Shown here: piece after piece, positions 36,042-45,677 of the stretch
Layout of the letters: every line of letters starts with the position of its first letter
How positions within the stretch are numbered: position 1 is the first letter of the stretch
Source: an uncultured virus (IMG/VR IMGVR_UViG_649633094_000002)
Taxonomy: Duplodnaviria; Heunggongvirae; Uroviricota; Caudoviricetes
IMG/VR virus record: IMGVR_UViG_649633094_000002
Length of the DNA stretch: 64,000 bases
Reading direction: 5' to 3' (one strand)
Position numbers and translations under genes: made by a program
Notes under the pieces: model-generated
The model's database searches: none
Told to the model about the DNA's origin: nothing
Seen by the model: the letters and a program-made list of their open reading frames with translations, nothing else

Positions 36042-38132
36042 TCACTCCTCCTTTGGCTTGCGTCTGCGCGTCTTTGCGTACTCCACAAACTTGAGGTTGA
36101 CATACTCACCGCTGTCATCAAGCTCAAACACAGCAGCATACTTGTTGCCCTTGCTTGAAGTACAATTACGGAGCGTCACCTTGCCGTTAGCAAGCAGCTC
36201 GCTTATCTCGGCAGCCTTGTAATTTCTGCCGATACGCTTGTCATGCTTGTAAATGAAGAAATCGCAGTCCTCACCATTGGAGCAGAAAAACGCCTTCTTA
36301 CCCTCACGGATAGGGCTGCCGCACCACGGACACTTGCCGATCTCGACAGGCTGTTCTGCCGCAGTATCTGCATCCTCCATATCTTCGGCAGCGGTATCCA
36401 CCGTCACCTCTTCGCTTTCGATCACATCATTCACATTCTTGATTATTTCACCCATAAAGTCCTCCTCTCCGCACTTGCCCGATTCTATGTCAGAGAGCAT
36501 CTGTTCCCAGTGTGCAGTAAGCTCCGGTGACTTGATATTTTCGGGAAGCGCATTCACATAATTTTTACCGAAATCGGTAATGTATAACTGCTTTTTCTTG
36601 CGGTAAATGTACTTTGCAGAAATAAGACCTTCGATAATAGAAGCTCTTGTCGCAGGCGTCCCAAGACCGCGCTCTTTAACAAAAGGCTTTAAATCCTTAT
36701 CGTCGATGCGGCGGTCAATGTTCTCCATAACAGCAAGCAAACTTGCTTCGGTGAAGTGTGCAGGCGGCTTTGTCGAGCATTCGCGCACCTCAGCACTGTT
36801 TACAAGAACAGCCTGCCCCTTGTCATAAGAGATCATCGCCCCGGTGTCCCTGCAATTGTTGTATGCTCTCCACCCAAGCTCGATAGGCAGCTTGGTCGTG
36901 AGCTTAAATATCTCACCCTCGACCTCGAACTCATAACGCTTTTCAAGATAGGTGTAGGGCATATCAAGCGCCGACAAAAAACGGTTAATGACAAGAAGAA
37001 CTACCTTCTTTTCCTCCTCGTTAAGGTCAGATGAATCCAGCCAACCTATAAGGTTTGTAGGGATAATAGCATGGTGGTCGGTTATCTTCTCATTGTTCAC
37101 GACCCGCTTATCAAGGTTAAGCCCCTGAGAAAGCAGTTTGTCCGTCCTCTCCTTATCGTAGCTTGCAAGGCATTTCACAACACTTTCGGCATAAGGCTTC
37201 ATATCCTCGGAAATACAACAACTGTCTGTCCTCGGATATGTCAGCAGCTTCTTTTCGTATAAGCTTTGTGCCGCTTTCAAAGTAGCCGCCGCTGTCATGC
37301 CGTATATGTCATTTGCTTCTCTCTGTAATGATGTCAGGCTGTGAAGTAATGGGCGGTTCTCTTTCTTTTCCTCTCCGACCGCAAAGCATACAACAGCCTC
37401 CTTGCCGCTGCATTTGTTTGCAACAGCTTCGGCTTCCTCTCTTGTGTCAAAAGTACGGGAACACTCTGCACCGTTATCAAGAACCACCTTGAAATACGGC
37501 TTTTTCTCGAATGCCGCTATCTGCGCTTCACGCTCGGCAATGATGTTGAGAACAGTATTCTTGACCCTGCCGGACTTGTGGTGCTGATCTGTTTTAAGGC
37601 TGTAATATCGGGACAGATTCATACCGAATATCCAGTCGGATTTTGCTCTGGCGTATCCCGCACGATACATATTATCGAAAACAGATGAATCCATAAGATT
37701 ATCCATACCGTCTTTTATCGCTTCATCTGTAAGAGAGCTTATCCACAGCCGCTTGACGGGCTTTGTGCAGCCAATATACTGATAAATATATCTGAATATG
37801 CACTCGCCTTCGCGCCCCGCGTCACAGGCATTTATGATCTCGGTCACATCGTTACGGAGAAACAGATTTTTAAGAAAAGCTATCTGCGAACCGTAACCAT
37901 TTATAGGAAACAGTTTGAAATCGGGTATCATGGGCAGGTCTTTCAGCGACCACTTTTTGTAGCCGTAGTCCTCCGGATAGCCGATACTCACCAAATGACC
38001 TATTGCATTGGTGACGATATATCCGTTACCATGCCAGTAGAAACGCTTGCCCTCGGAAATCTTTTCGGTTGCTCCCACGCAATAGGCGGTCGTCAACGCG
38101 ACGGAGGGCTTCTCACAAAGTATCAGGCGCAA
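36042..38132 (-). CDS. topB: DNA topoisomerase III (type IA)
   Basis: LCEKPSVA, GHL, NACDAGREGE, RLWISS, TYPRTDS, DHHAIIP, GLGTPATRASII, C-terminal Zn ribbon. Confidence 0.93.
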   Translation of the reverse strand: MRLILCEKPSVALTTAYCVGATEKISEGKRFYWHGNGYIVTNAIGHLVSIGYPEDYGYKKWSLKDLPMIPDFKLFPINGYGSQIAFLKNLFLRNDVTEIINACDAGREGECIFRYIYQYIGCTKPVKRLWISSLTDEAIKDGMDNLMDSSVFDNMYRAGYARAKSDWIFGMNLSRYYSLKTDQHHKSGRVKNTVLNIIAEREAQIAAFEKKPYFKVVLDNGAECSRTFDTREEAEAVANKCSGKEAVVCFAVGEEKKENRPLLHSLTSLQREANDIYGMTAAATLKAAQSLYEKKLLTYPRTDSCCISEDMKPYAESVVKCLASYDKERTDKLLSQGLNLDKRVVNNEKITDHHAIIPTNLIGWLDSSDLNEEEKKVVLLVINRFLSALDMPYTYLEKRYEFEVEGEIFKLTTKLPIELGWRAYNNCRDTGAMISYDKGQAVLVNSAEVRECSTKPPAHFTEASLLAVMENIDRRIDDKDLKPFVKERGLGTPATRASIIEGLISAKYIYRKKKQLYITDFGKNYVNALPENIKSPELTAHWEQMLSDIESGKCGEEDFMGEIIKNVNDVIESEEVTVDTAAEDMEDADTAAEQPVEIGKCPWCGSPIREGKKAFFCSNGEDCDFFIYKHDKRIGRNYKAAEISELLANGKVTLRNCTSSKGNKYAAVFELDDSGEYVNLKFVEYAKTRRRKPKEE

Positions 38133-38674
38133 GGGAAATCACACACCTTTCCGAGAAACTCCCTTGCGTTCCTGAGCCTGTCCGCAAGCTGAACGCCGAG
38201 AGCGATCATAAAGTCTATCGTGCAAAAGTCCTCTATGTAGTCACACTCTACACGATAAACGGAAGTCATATCACGGTCGGAAACAGTAACAGAATACACG
38301 GGGATCACCATGTCGGCATTGACGTCATAGATAATATCATAACCGCGCTCGATGAGCTTTTCACCATCATCGGTTGCAGAAATATCTGTCTGAATGGTCG
38401 CAAGGTGTACCGCCTCGCAGCTTATAACACTGTTGTTTACGGCGTCATCCGGCATATAATTCTTTTCGCACTCGCCCTTGATCGTCAGATCGTATCTGTT
38501 TATACAGGTAACGGGCAGAACGCCGTTTCTGATGCCGCGAAGCTGGGCGAAAACCGTGTCAAGCATATTTCTCACTTCCTCGTCCATATACTCATACTGG
38601 CACTCGTCCTGCTCCATGCAGAAGTTGAAAACCGCGTCCATCAGCTTGTTGGTCATAGTTATAAATCTCATCAT
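38123..38674 (-). CDS. Hypothetical acidic protein
   Basis: AAAGGA RBS; overlaps the topB start. Confidence 0.7.
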   Translation of the reverse strand: MMRFITMTNKLMDAVFNFCMEQDECQYEYMDEEVRNMLDTVFAQLRGIRNGVLPVTCINRYDLTIKGECEKNYMPDDAVNNSVISCEAVHLATIQTDISATDDGEKLIERGYDIIYDVNADMVIPVYSVTVSDRDMTSVYRVECDYIEDFCTIDFMIALGVQLADRLRNAREFLGKVCDFPCA

Positions 38675-38697
38675 ATATTATTCCTTTCAAAATAGGT

Positions 38698-38731
38698 GAT
38701 AGCTCCCTGCGGAGAGCTCCGCAGGGCTATC
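38698..38731. terminator. Strong GC-rich stem-loop after the adhesin gene
   Basis: CCCTGCGGAG-AG-CTCCGCAGGG core extended by GATAG/CTATC; no clean U-tract on the coding strand. Confidence 0.55.
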
Positions 38732-38743
38732 CGTTTTAAGTTC

Positions 38744-41700
38744 TTAAAGGTTAGAATAATAGTCCTCGTTCTCGTCGTCCTTATCCCTGCGAATAAGCAT
38801 ACTAACTAAAAGCAGTGCGCCAGCACAAGCAAGGATAATTGCCGCCTTGTTGGAAACTTCGGGCGATCCGGTGTGAGGATTAATTGTGGTCGTACCGCCG
38901 CTTGGAGTGTTGGAATGAGGTGTGTCGCTGTGAGGAGTGTCCTCGTGAGGGGTATCTCCGTGAGAGCTGTCATCGCCGTGCGAGTCGTCGTGAGGAGTAT
39001 CATCATGGGGAGTATCCTCGGTGGGAGTGTACTCGTCATACATAATGACTTCGGTAACGCTGCCGTCCTCGTTGACCTTGAAGGTAATGTCCTGTGCTAT
39101 CTCATAGCCTTCGGGAGCGATTGTTTCGCGCAGAGTGTATTCTTTGCCGACTATCAGCTTACCCTCGATGATATGTTCCTCGTCGGTAGATACCCATTCC
39201 TCAATGATCTCATCGCCGTCAAGTATCTGTAAGGTAGCACCGGGCAGCTCCTCGCCGGTGGTTATATCACGCTTGGAAATATGAACCTTTGTGGTATCGT
39301 CATACATAACGACCTCGGTAACAGTGCCGTCCTCGTTTACGGTAAACTCAACGTCATTGGCGATAACATAGCCGTCCGCAGGAACAGTCTCATGCAGAGT
39401 GTATGTCGAGCCTGCAATCAGAACAGCCTCGATATAATGAGCTTCATTTGTAGAAACCCATTCCTCTATAACTGTGCCGTCCTTGATTATCTGTAATGTA
39501 GCACCCGCAAGCTCTTCATCATTGGTGATGTCACGCTTGGAAATGCGTACCTTTGTGGTATCGTCGTACATAGTCACCTTGTCGATCTCGCCGTTGTCGG
39601 AAACCGTAAAGGTAACATCACTCGCAACTACATATCCATCGGGAGAAACTTCTTCATGCAGCGTGTAAGTGCCGCCCGAAATAAGCTGTCCCTCGATGAC
39701 GTGAGCTTCATTTGTGCTTGTCCACTTGTCGATAACATTACCCTCGCTGTTGATAAGCTGAAGCTCCGCGCCCGCTATCTCCTTTTCTCCGGTAATATCG
39801 ACCTTTGTGATATGGACCTTAGTGGTATCGTCATACATAACCGCCTTATCAATGGTGCCGTTGTCGGAAACCGTAAAGGTCACATCGTTTGCTACCACAT
39901 ATCCATTGGGAGCATATTCCTCATGCAGAGTATAAGTGCCGCCTGCGGTTAGAACGCCCTCGATGATGTGTGCTTCGTTGGTGCTTGTCCACTCATCAAC
40001 GGTATTGCCCTCGCTGTCAACTATTCTGAGCTTTGCACCCACAACTTCCTTAGTTCCGGTAATATCGAGCTTGGTGATATGCACCTTTGTTGTATCGTCC
40101 ACCATAGTAATGGTAGAATTGCCGTTCTCGTCGGTGGAAAGCGCGTCAACATTTTCCACAGTCACTACATTGTTTTCATCAATGCTGAAATTGATTGTTG
40201 TTGCGATAACAAATCCGGCAGGGCTGGCTGTTTCTTTCAGAACATAGCTGCCGGCAGGAATATTTGTCACGGTATGGATAGTTCCGTCAGACACCCACTC
40301 GGTAAAGATATTGCCCTCGCTGTCAAGTATCTGCATTGAAGCACCTTTCAGCTCGTTTCCGTAAATATCCTTCTTGGATACGTTCAGATGTGTTGCCGAA
40401 TTTATTGCGGTTATCTCAACAATCTGCTCATTTTCCGAAATAGTAACATCGTATTTCTTATCGCTGAAAACATATCCGGCAGGCGGTGCGATCTCGGTAA
40501 CGATATATTTTCCGTAGGGAATTTCATCAAAACCGAAATTGCCGTTTTCATCGGAAATCGCAGTAACTATTGCACTTGCCGAATCAAAGGTTTCCGCATC
40601 AGCCTTGAACAGACCAAATACAGCGTTAGCAAGCGGCTCGTCATGCTCATTGACCTTAACGCCCTTGACCGACCCTCGCTTTATTTCGTTTACAAAAGTA
40701 CCGCCGTCAATATCGACTACCTTGGTATCCTGACCTGCATACTCAAAAGTCACGATATGCTTTTCACCGCTGATGACATACTTGTCATCGGTGCTTATCT
40801 CCTGAATGTAGTATCTGCCGAAAGGCAGCTTCTGACCAAATCTTACGGTCATATCCTCGCCAACGCTTGCGTAATCCACAAGACCGTCCTTCGGGATTGA
40901 AGAACCGTTTTCAGCCACCAGCGGCTCATCGGCATACAGACCGAAAACAACATTTGCAGCATCGGAATTATCTCCAACACCATAAGTATCGTCATGCTCC
41001 ATGAACTTAGTGAGATGAATTGAAACACCCTGATAATCATTGCTGAAATCAGTATTTACTGTATCTCTGATTGCAACTTCCTGTCCTGCATAGGTCAACT
41101 CAACAGTCTGCGGCTCATGATTGTTCACATAGCCGAAAGCCGCCTTTTTCTCGGTCACGGTATATTTTCCGAGATACAGCAGCGGAGTTTCCGCATAGCC
41201 CTTATTATCGGTGGTGATAGTTGCCACAACATCGCCCTTGTTCGCTCTTACAGTTCCGTCAGCGGTGATAATATCCTCTGCCGCAGTCACCTCGAACTCT
41301 GCACCCGCGAGAAACCCGCTTGCAAAATGAGGAGTGAAGATGTTGTAGCCTGCTTCATGAACAGTGCCGTCCTCGTCTATGGATATAGCAGAACCCAGCG
41401 CAGTAACAGCGCTGAAAATCTCGCCCGTCTTGTGAACGGAAATTTTGCCCTGCTGTGAAGTATTGTCAAAGTCGATACCGAGCTTTGTATACTCAAACTC
41501 GTTACCTGCGAAGTTGAATGTAAATGTCTTACTATCGGAATTGAGTGTGTAGCCCTCGGGAGCGTTAATCTCGGTAAGGGTATATTCAGCTCCGATATAC
41601 ATTTCAGCGTCACCCGAATCGGCATGACCGTCAGCACCCGTAGTCATGGTGCAGATAAGGTCTCCTGCCTTGTGAAGCTGCTTTGACCCGATAGAGAAAT

Positions 41701-44700
41701 CCTTAGCGGCTCTCACCTCGAAAACAGCGTTAGCCAGCGGCTTTTTTGTGCCGTTGTCCATCTTGTAAACATCAAGCACACCTGTCTGAACATCATCGCT
41801 GATCGTCACCTCATGAGGGATAGTCAGCGTGTCAGCTTTCTCGGAAACCGCCGTGAACTTTGTTACATTATTCTTGGGAACAATGTACGGCTCGGGCGCG
41901 GAAGTCTCGGTTATAGCGTACTCAAAATTTGGATAGATAGGCATAACCTTTTCATAGCCCTGAGTGCCGTCGCTTGCATATTCTATATACTTTGAAGAAG
42001 CAATACCATTTGCGTCGGTCTTAATAGTGCCGATGACCTCGCCTGCCTTCTGAACCACCTTGCCGTTGAACGAAATATCCTCGGTGGGCGCAATATCGAA
42101 AGTAACGCCCTTTACGGAATTGTCGAAAACGTCCTTCTTGTGGACTTTCAGGTCAACAAGCTGTAAGGTGTTCGGAATGTCGGCGGTGTAGGTGATTACG
42201 GGATTCGTCTTGCTCTCGATGTCGTCAAGAGTGGTGACGATCTTAATCTCCCTTGAAGCGTTGCCGTTCTCATCAAGCATGATGTACTTGTCGTTCTCAC
42301 GCTCGGTTACGGTGTAAACGTTGGAGAAAGTATCTCCGTTCAGCTTGCCCAGCGGCAGCTCGGAAGCACTTGCATAACCGTTCTTGTCGGTCGTAATAGA
42401 AGTGATCGGCTTGCCGTCAAGGGTAATGTCGAAGATGATGCCCTCGATAGAAATATCATTTATTATGTCGTACTTGTTGAGTTCGATTTTCAGCTCATAA
42501 GGCTTATCCTTGACCTCATAACCGAAGTCACTGAGCTTCGAGTTCTGGAAAGTATCAAGATCGTTTCCGACAGCATTTTCACGGTTGATCTTGTAATACT
42601 CAGTGTCCTGAACATAGCCTGCCGGTGCGGTAATTTCATGCACATAGTAGTCGGTGTTCGGGATAAGGTTGTAGCTGAACTTCGCCTTACCGTCTGCGCC
42701 GGTTGTCGCGGTTTTCAGCAGTTTCTTATTGCTGTTGTAAAGACCATAGGTCGCACCCGAAAGCACGGTATCGCTATCGTCTTTCTTGGTGAGAACAAGC
42801 TCGTAGTTCACAAGTTCGTTTACGATCTCTGCGTCAGAGTGCAGCTTGTTGCTCTCCAGCTTATTACCAGAAATGGGATAATACTTGCCCGAAGAAATAA
42901 CGTACTTGCCGCCCTTGCTATCGGTAACGGTATAGCTGCTTGCGGTATCATTCTTCATCACACCGCTGATGTTTCTCTTATCGGAAACAGAGCCGAGAGT
43001 GCTGAGATTTACAGCCTTTGATACGTCAATATCATCGTCATAGCCGTAGCCCTTTGCACCGTTCACCTCGATGAAAACTACCTCCTGCGAAACACCTGAA
43101 CTGTTCAGTGGCAGCAGGTTCAGATACACCTGACCAAAATAGTCGCAAGTATCGGAGCCGGAATAGTTATATCCTGCATCAAACACATAAGCCTTAGAAA
43201 TATCGGTTGAAGTTCTGCTCATGTCAAAAGTGACATTATGGCTGCTGTCCAGCTTAGTGGGAGCATAATACATTCCGTCCCCTGACTTGTATGCGGTATC
43301 ATTGAAGTTATTCAGATCATCAAGGTTTCCGCTGAAAGCGTCCTTGGCGGACAGATAGCCGTTAGTCAGGTAACGCATGGTGCTTCCGTCCCAGTAGCCG
43401 ATGATGAACTTTGTGGTCTTGTAAATGTCAGCAAGTGTCTTAATATCATCGGCATTGTCGGTGGACAGTGCCTTTCCATCACCGTTGTGAACTACCTTAT
43501 CAAGCGTTGCTGTCCCGACCTTTGCGTCATAGCCCTCCTCATTGTTATTCAGCTTTACTGTTCCCGTGCCTGCATTTGTTGTAAAATCACTTGTAGGAGA
43601 GGGCAGGCTTACCGACTTGGAGAGTTTTTCATAGCGGTCATTGTCGGGAACGCTGTACTCGGTGACGGTGTAAGTCCTGCCGCTTGACATTGAAGTAGGC
43701 AGGTCGCATACAGTGAACGTACCCTTGTTGTTGGTCTTGCTCAGCGTCTTGAACTTTGTAGCGTTCACGATATTGTTGGTGTAATGGGAAAAGTAATATC
43801 CCGTTCCTGCGCTGTTCAGATCTGCTACAACATAATACTTCGTTCCGTTTATCGTAGTCGATACAACGAACGTTGTCTTGTCAAGCAGATCGGACAGCGC
43901 AGTTGCCGTGATAGCGTTATTTCCACTGTCGGTGTAGGTCTTTTCGACTGTAAGATTTGGTTCGTTATAGCATCCTATCGCAGTATAACCCTTAACGCTG
44001 TCTATTTTGGTTGACAGCAGACAGGTCTGGTAATTGCTGCTTGCAAAAAGCGACTCACTCTCTGTCAAACCACTCATAAGCTGCATTTCGATAGCCGAAG
44101 TGCTGTAAACGCCTCCGCTTGAAGTGCTTGTGAAAGGACGCTCCTTTGACCATACCACGAACACCGAATAATCGCCGTCAGCAGAAGTATCTATGCCGTA
44201 GTCTGTGCCGTATGTGCCGCTGAAACGTTCCTTTACCATTTCGGTCAGCTTCGACTTGAAGGTGCTGTAATTATGCTCCAGCGCGTCCTTCTTGATGAAA
44301 GCGGTCTTGATCTTGAAAGTAGCCTCATAGCGCATTTTATCGGTCTTGAACTTCATAATGCGAGGGTCTTCTTTTGCAAGTGCCGCACTCTTTTCCATTA
44401 TGCCGGGGAGTGTGTAATGGGACTTTACATCTGCAACTATCGCATTGTACGCCGTTTCAACTCCCGACTTTGAGCACCAGCCGCCCGAAGGATAAGTAAA
44501 GTCGTTCCACAGAATATCGCTGCACGTTCCGAACGTTTCGGGAGTATGCCCACGATAGCCGAGTATCAGCTCCCAGATAAGGAGCTGTGTTGCCGCGTAG
44601 TAGTTGCCGTTCTTGTGGCTCGAATAGCCGTAATACTGCACCAGCCCCATGTACTTGGCAATATCGCCGTCCGTACCGCCGAGGGAATTCCAGTAGGCAG

Positions 44701-45073
44701 TCGAATCAGCCTTGAACTTGTCCGAGAGATCGAAAGTATCATACTCGGTAAAGCCATACTGCGTGTACCATGTGCCGGAGGGCGTACCCTGCATTGACTT
44801 CGCAGGCTCGATACAAAACGCCCAATCGTTACCCGATGAAGGAACAAAGCGGCATAACTGCTCGCCGTACTTCACAAACTGCCCCGATACGCCGTTTGAA
44901 TTGGCGTACTTGCTTGTGTAAATAGTCGGATTCACGCTGCTGTCCCATGTGTACCCGATACTGATACCGGAGCTTGCAGCCGACACAGATGTTGCAAGGG
45001 TCGATAATCCCATAGCCGCAGCCAGCGCACCGGACACGCCCCTTTTAAAGAGTTTGTTGATCTTAATATTCAA
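38744..45073 (-). CDS. Sortase-anchored adhesin: thioester-like domain plus SpaA/CnaB repeats, 2109 aa
   Basis: Signal peptide; AFCIEP and ATQLLIW; many K.D...L.GA.F...Y...E..AP.GY repeats; NPHTG followed by a hydrophobic segment and RRDK. Confidence 0.9.
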   Translation of the reverse strand: MNIKINKLFKRGVSGALAAAMGLSTLATSVSAASSGISIGYTWDSSVNPTIYTSKYANSNGVSGQFVKYGEQLCRFVPSSGNDWAFCIEPAKSMQGTPSGTWYTQYGFTEYDTFDLSDKFKADSTAYWNSLGGTDGDIAKYMGLVQYYGYSSHKNGNYYAATQLLIWELILGYRGHTPETFGTCSDILWNDFTYPSGGWCSKSGVETAYNAIVADVKSHYTLPGIMEKSAALAKEDPRIMKFKTDKMRYEATFKIKTAFIKKDALEHNYSTFKSKLTEMVKERFSGTYGTDYGIDTSADGDYSVFVVWSKERPFTSTSSGGVYSTSAIEMQLMSGLTESESLFASSNYQTCLLSTKIDSVKGYTAIGCYNEPNLTVEKTYTDSGNNAITATALSDLLDKTTFVVSTTINGTKYYVVADLNSAGTGYYFSHYTNNIVNATKFKTLSKTNNKGTFTVCDLPTSMSSGRTYTVTEYSVPDNDRYEKLSKSVSLPSPTSDFTTNAGTGTVKLNNNEEGYDAKVGTATLDKVVHNGDGKALSTDNADDIKTLADIYKTTKFIIGYWDGSTMRYLTNGYLSAKDAFSGNLDDLNNFNDTAYKSGDGMYYAPTKLDSSHNVTFDMSRTSTDISKAYVFDAGYNYSGSDTCDYFGQVYLNLLPLNSSGVSQEVVFIEVNGAKGYGYDDDIDVSKAVNLSTLGSVSDKRNISGVMKNDTASSYTVTDSKGGKYVISSGKYYPISGNKLESNKLHSDAEIVNELVNYELVLTKKDDSDTVLSGATYGLYNSNKKLLKTATTGADGKAKFSYNLIPNTDYYVHEITAPAGYVQDTEYYKINRENAVGNDLDTFQNSKLSDFGYEVKDKPYELKIELNKYDIINDISIEGIIFDITLDGKPITSITTDKNGYASASELPLGKLNGDTFSNVYTVTERENDKYIMLDENGNASREIKIVTTLDDIESKTNPVITYTADIPNTLQLVDLKVHKKDVFDNSVKGVTFDIAPTEDISFNGKVVQKAGEVIGTIKTDANGIASSKYIEYASDGTQGYEKVMPIYPNFEYAITETSAPEPYIVPKNNVTKFTAVSEKADTLTIPHEVTISDDVQTGVLDVYKMDNGTKKPLANAVFEVRAAKDFSIGSKQLHKAGDLICTMTTGADGHADSGDAEMYIGAEYTLTEINAPEGYTLNSDSKTFTFNFAGNEFEYTKLGIDFDNTSQQGKISVHKTGEIFSAVTALGSAISIDEDGTVHEAGYNIFTPHFASGFLAGAEFEVTAAEDIITADGTVRANKGDVVATITTDNKGYAETPLLYLGKYTVTEKKAAFGYVNNHEPQTVELTYAGQEVAIRDTVNTDFSNDYQGVSIHLTKFMEHDDTYGVGDNSDAANVVFGLYADEPLVAENGSSIPKDGLVDYASVGEDMTVRFGQKLPFGRYYIQEISTDDKYVISGEKHIVTFEYAGQDTKVVDIDGGTFVNEIKRGSVKGVKVNEHDEPLANAVFGLFKADAETFDSASAIVTAISDENGNFGFDEIPYGKYIVTEIAPPAGYVFSDKKYDVTISENEQIVEITAINSATHLNVSKKDIYGNELKGASMQILDSEGNIFTEWVSDGTIHTVTNIPAGSYVLKETASPAGFVIATTINFSIDENNVVTVENVDALSTDENGNSTITMVDDTTKVHITKLDITGTKEVVGAKLRIVDSEGNTVDEWTSTNEAHIIEGVLTAGGTYTLHEEYAPNGYVVANDVTFTVSDNGTIDKAVMYDDTTKVHITKVDITGEKEIAGAELQLINSEGNVIDKWTSTNEAHVIEGQLISGGTYTLHEEVSPDGYVVASDVTFTVSDNGEIDKVTMYDDTTKVRISKRDITNDEELAGATLQIIKDGTVIEEWVSTNEAHYIEAVLIAGSTYTLHETVPADGYVIANDVEFTVNEDGTVTEVVMYDDTTKVHISKRDITTGEELPGATLQILDGDEIIEEWVSTDEEHIIEGKLIVGKEYTLRETIAPEGYEIAQDITFKVNEDGSVTEVIMYDEYTPTEDTPHDDTPHDDSHGDDSSHGDTPHEDTPHSDTPHSNTPSGGTTTINPHTGSPEVSNKAAIILACAGALLLVSMLIRRDKDDENEDYYSNL
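39036..40400 (-). repeat. Tandem ~88-89-aa CnaB/SpaA repeats (four close copies, one diverged)
   Basis: Recurring DDTTKV.I.K.DIT...E..GA.L. Confidence 0.85.
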
Positions 45074-45420
45074 TGCTTATCCTCCTGTGATTTATTATCA
45101 TGGACAGCGGCAGCCGCAGGAACATCTTCCGGCTTTTCCGTTTCGGTGTCCATTTCTTTAGGTGTAGTTTCAGCCGAAAAATCTCCCTTTTCTATCGCAG
45201 CATTTAGAGCCGATATATCGCAGCCCTTGTCACGGACTGCCTTGTACAGATCGGCAAACTGCTCTCGCTCCAGCTTTTCTTCAAGCTCCGCTTCTTTTTT
45301 GCGGTAGATCTTCAGCATTTTCTTGTGGTACGCTATCAGCCTTACGGTGTTCTCCGTATTTTTTCTTGCACTCGCGAGCTTGGCTGATAGCTTCTCCACC
45401 CTCGCCGCTTTATCTGTCAT
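45070..45420 (-). CDS. Hypothetical coiled-coil protein
   Basis: ATGA overlap with the upstream gene; GAGGT RBS. Confidence 0.7.
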   Translation of the reverse strand: MTDKAARVEKLSAKLASARKNTENTVRLIAYHKKMLKIYRKKEAELEEKLEREQFADLYKAVRDKGCDISALNAAIEKGDFSAETTPKEMDTETEKPEDVPAAAAVHDNKSQEDKH

Positions 45421-45677
45421 TTCTTACCTCTTTTCGTAATATAATAGTAGCCGCACGCAGAGCCTGCAAGCATGATGCCGTCAAGGACGCTGAATTTCAG
45501 CGTATGCAGCTGTGAAGCTATCTCCGGGTCGAATAGTCCTCTGATGACCGTTAAAAGAATAGCCGCCGCGAATACGATAATTACAATGATAAAACGCTTG
45601 TCCTTCTTTGGCTCGCTTTCCCTTTCGGAGCTGTCCGTGAACGGAAAGAAATTATTTCTCTTAAAAAATCCGAACAT
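45417..45677 (-). CDS. Small protein with two transmembrane segments
   Basis: Two hydrophobic segments; AGGGGGT RBS; coupled on both sides. Confidence 0.7.
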   Translation of the reverse strand: MFGFFKRNNFFPFTDSSERESEPKKDKRFIIVIIVFAAAILLTVIRGLFDPEIASQLHTLKFSVLDGIMLAGSACGYYYITKRGKK

